A stretch of DNA of 64,000 bases from Camelus dromedarius (lineage: Eukaryota): NCBI RefSeq assembly GCF_036321535.1, contig NC_087437.1, positions 13,270,001 through 13,334,000 on the forward strand, in the 5' to 3' direction. Positions within the stretch are counted from its first letter, which is position 1; the number at the start of each line of letters is the position of its first letter. Below are positions 63,700-64,000 of the stretch, piece by piece. Both the position numbers and the translations under genes were made by a program. Below the pieces are notes generated by a model. That model did not search any database, was not told the origin of the DNA, and saw nothing but the letters and a program-made list of their open reading frames with translations.

Positions 63700-63925
63700 T
63701 CTCCACTCTTGTGAGGCACTGTTTTAAATACTGGCATACATGACCTCCCGACTCTATCTAAAGGTGAACATTACTGTTCACCCCCTGAGAACAGCAGATG
63801 AGGAAAGTTAGAATCAAAGAAATTAACTTGCCGCATGTCAAACAGCTCCTAGGATGCAAAGCTGGAATTTGACTCCAGGTTTTCTTGACCCCACCATCTA
63901 TGTTCTTAAGTATACAGTACACCTT
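63700..63925 (-). mobile_element. MIR SINE
   Basis: cagatgaggaaagttagaatc...taacttgcc...agctggaatttgactccagg. Confidence 0.7.
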
Positions 63926-64000
63926 CTCAAAACACTGTCACTGTACACAGGTTTGCCAAACATCACATGAAATTTGACCTTTCTGTGCCGTTGCTTGGCA

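Noticed and set aside
1..64000. CRISPR arrays, operons, prophage or other prokaryotic systems
   Set aside because: The sequence is mammalian. There are no regularly spaced repeat-spacer arrays or dense ORFs, and the short direct repeats seen are retrotransposon TSDs.

Overview
Mammalian genomic DNA that is AT-rich and repeat-dense. It is most likely camelid (alpaca/llama/camel): it carries three tRNA-derived vic-1-type SINEs and a young camelid-type L1 3'UTR, and I saw no Alu, B1, Bov-tA/BovB or PRE-1. There are no prokaryotic features, CRISPR arrays or rRNA/tRNA genes. A large part of the window is interspersed repeat: L1 of several ages, L2, MIR, MER5/MER58 hAT elements, MaLR/ERVL/ERV1 LTRs and microsatellites. 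The main unique signal is a spliced minus-strand gene. Three exons (10150/10139-10057, 1458-1253, 622-577) have canonical splice sites and join in frame into MFVFCNKSNPNCRTKYSFCKHSITSPERHSANIAPG...KGTVQHLSEFLKCLDFCLLKS, which presumably runs off the left edge. I do not recognise this protein. Weaker candidate upstream exons lie at 17 kb, 23.5 kb and 33.8-35.3 kb. Other points of interest are competing hairpins over a splice acceptor, a CRE-containing candidate antisense promoter, an ORF1-less L1, a twin-primed L1, inverted L1 and LTR pairs, and chimeric ERV remnants. Repeat subfamily names come from memory of consensus sequences, and boundaries without a stated TSD are approximate.
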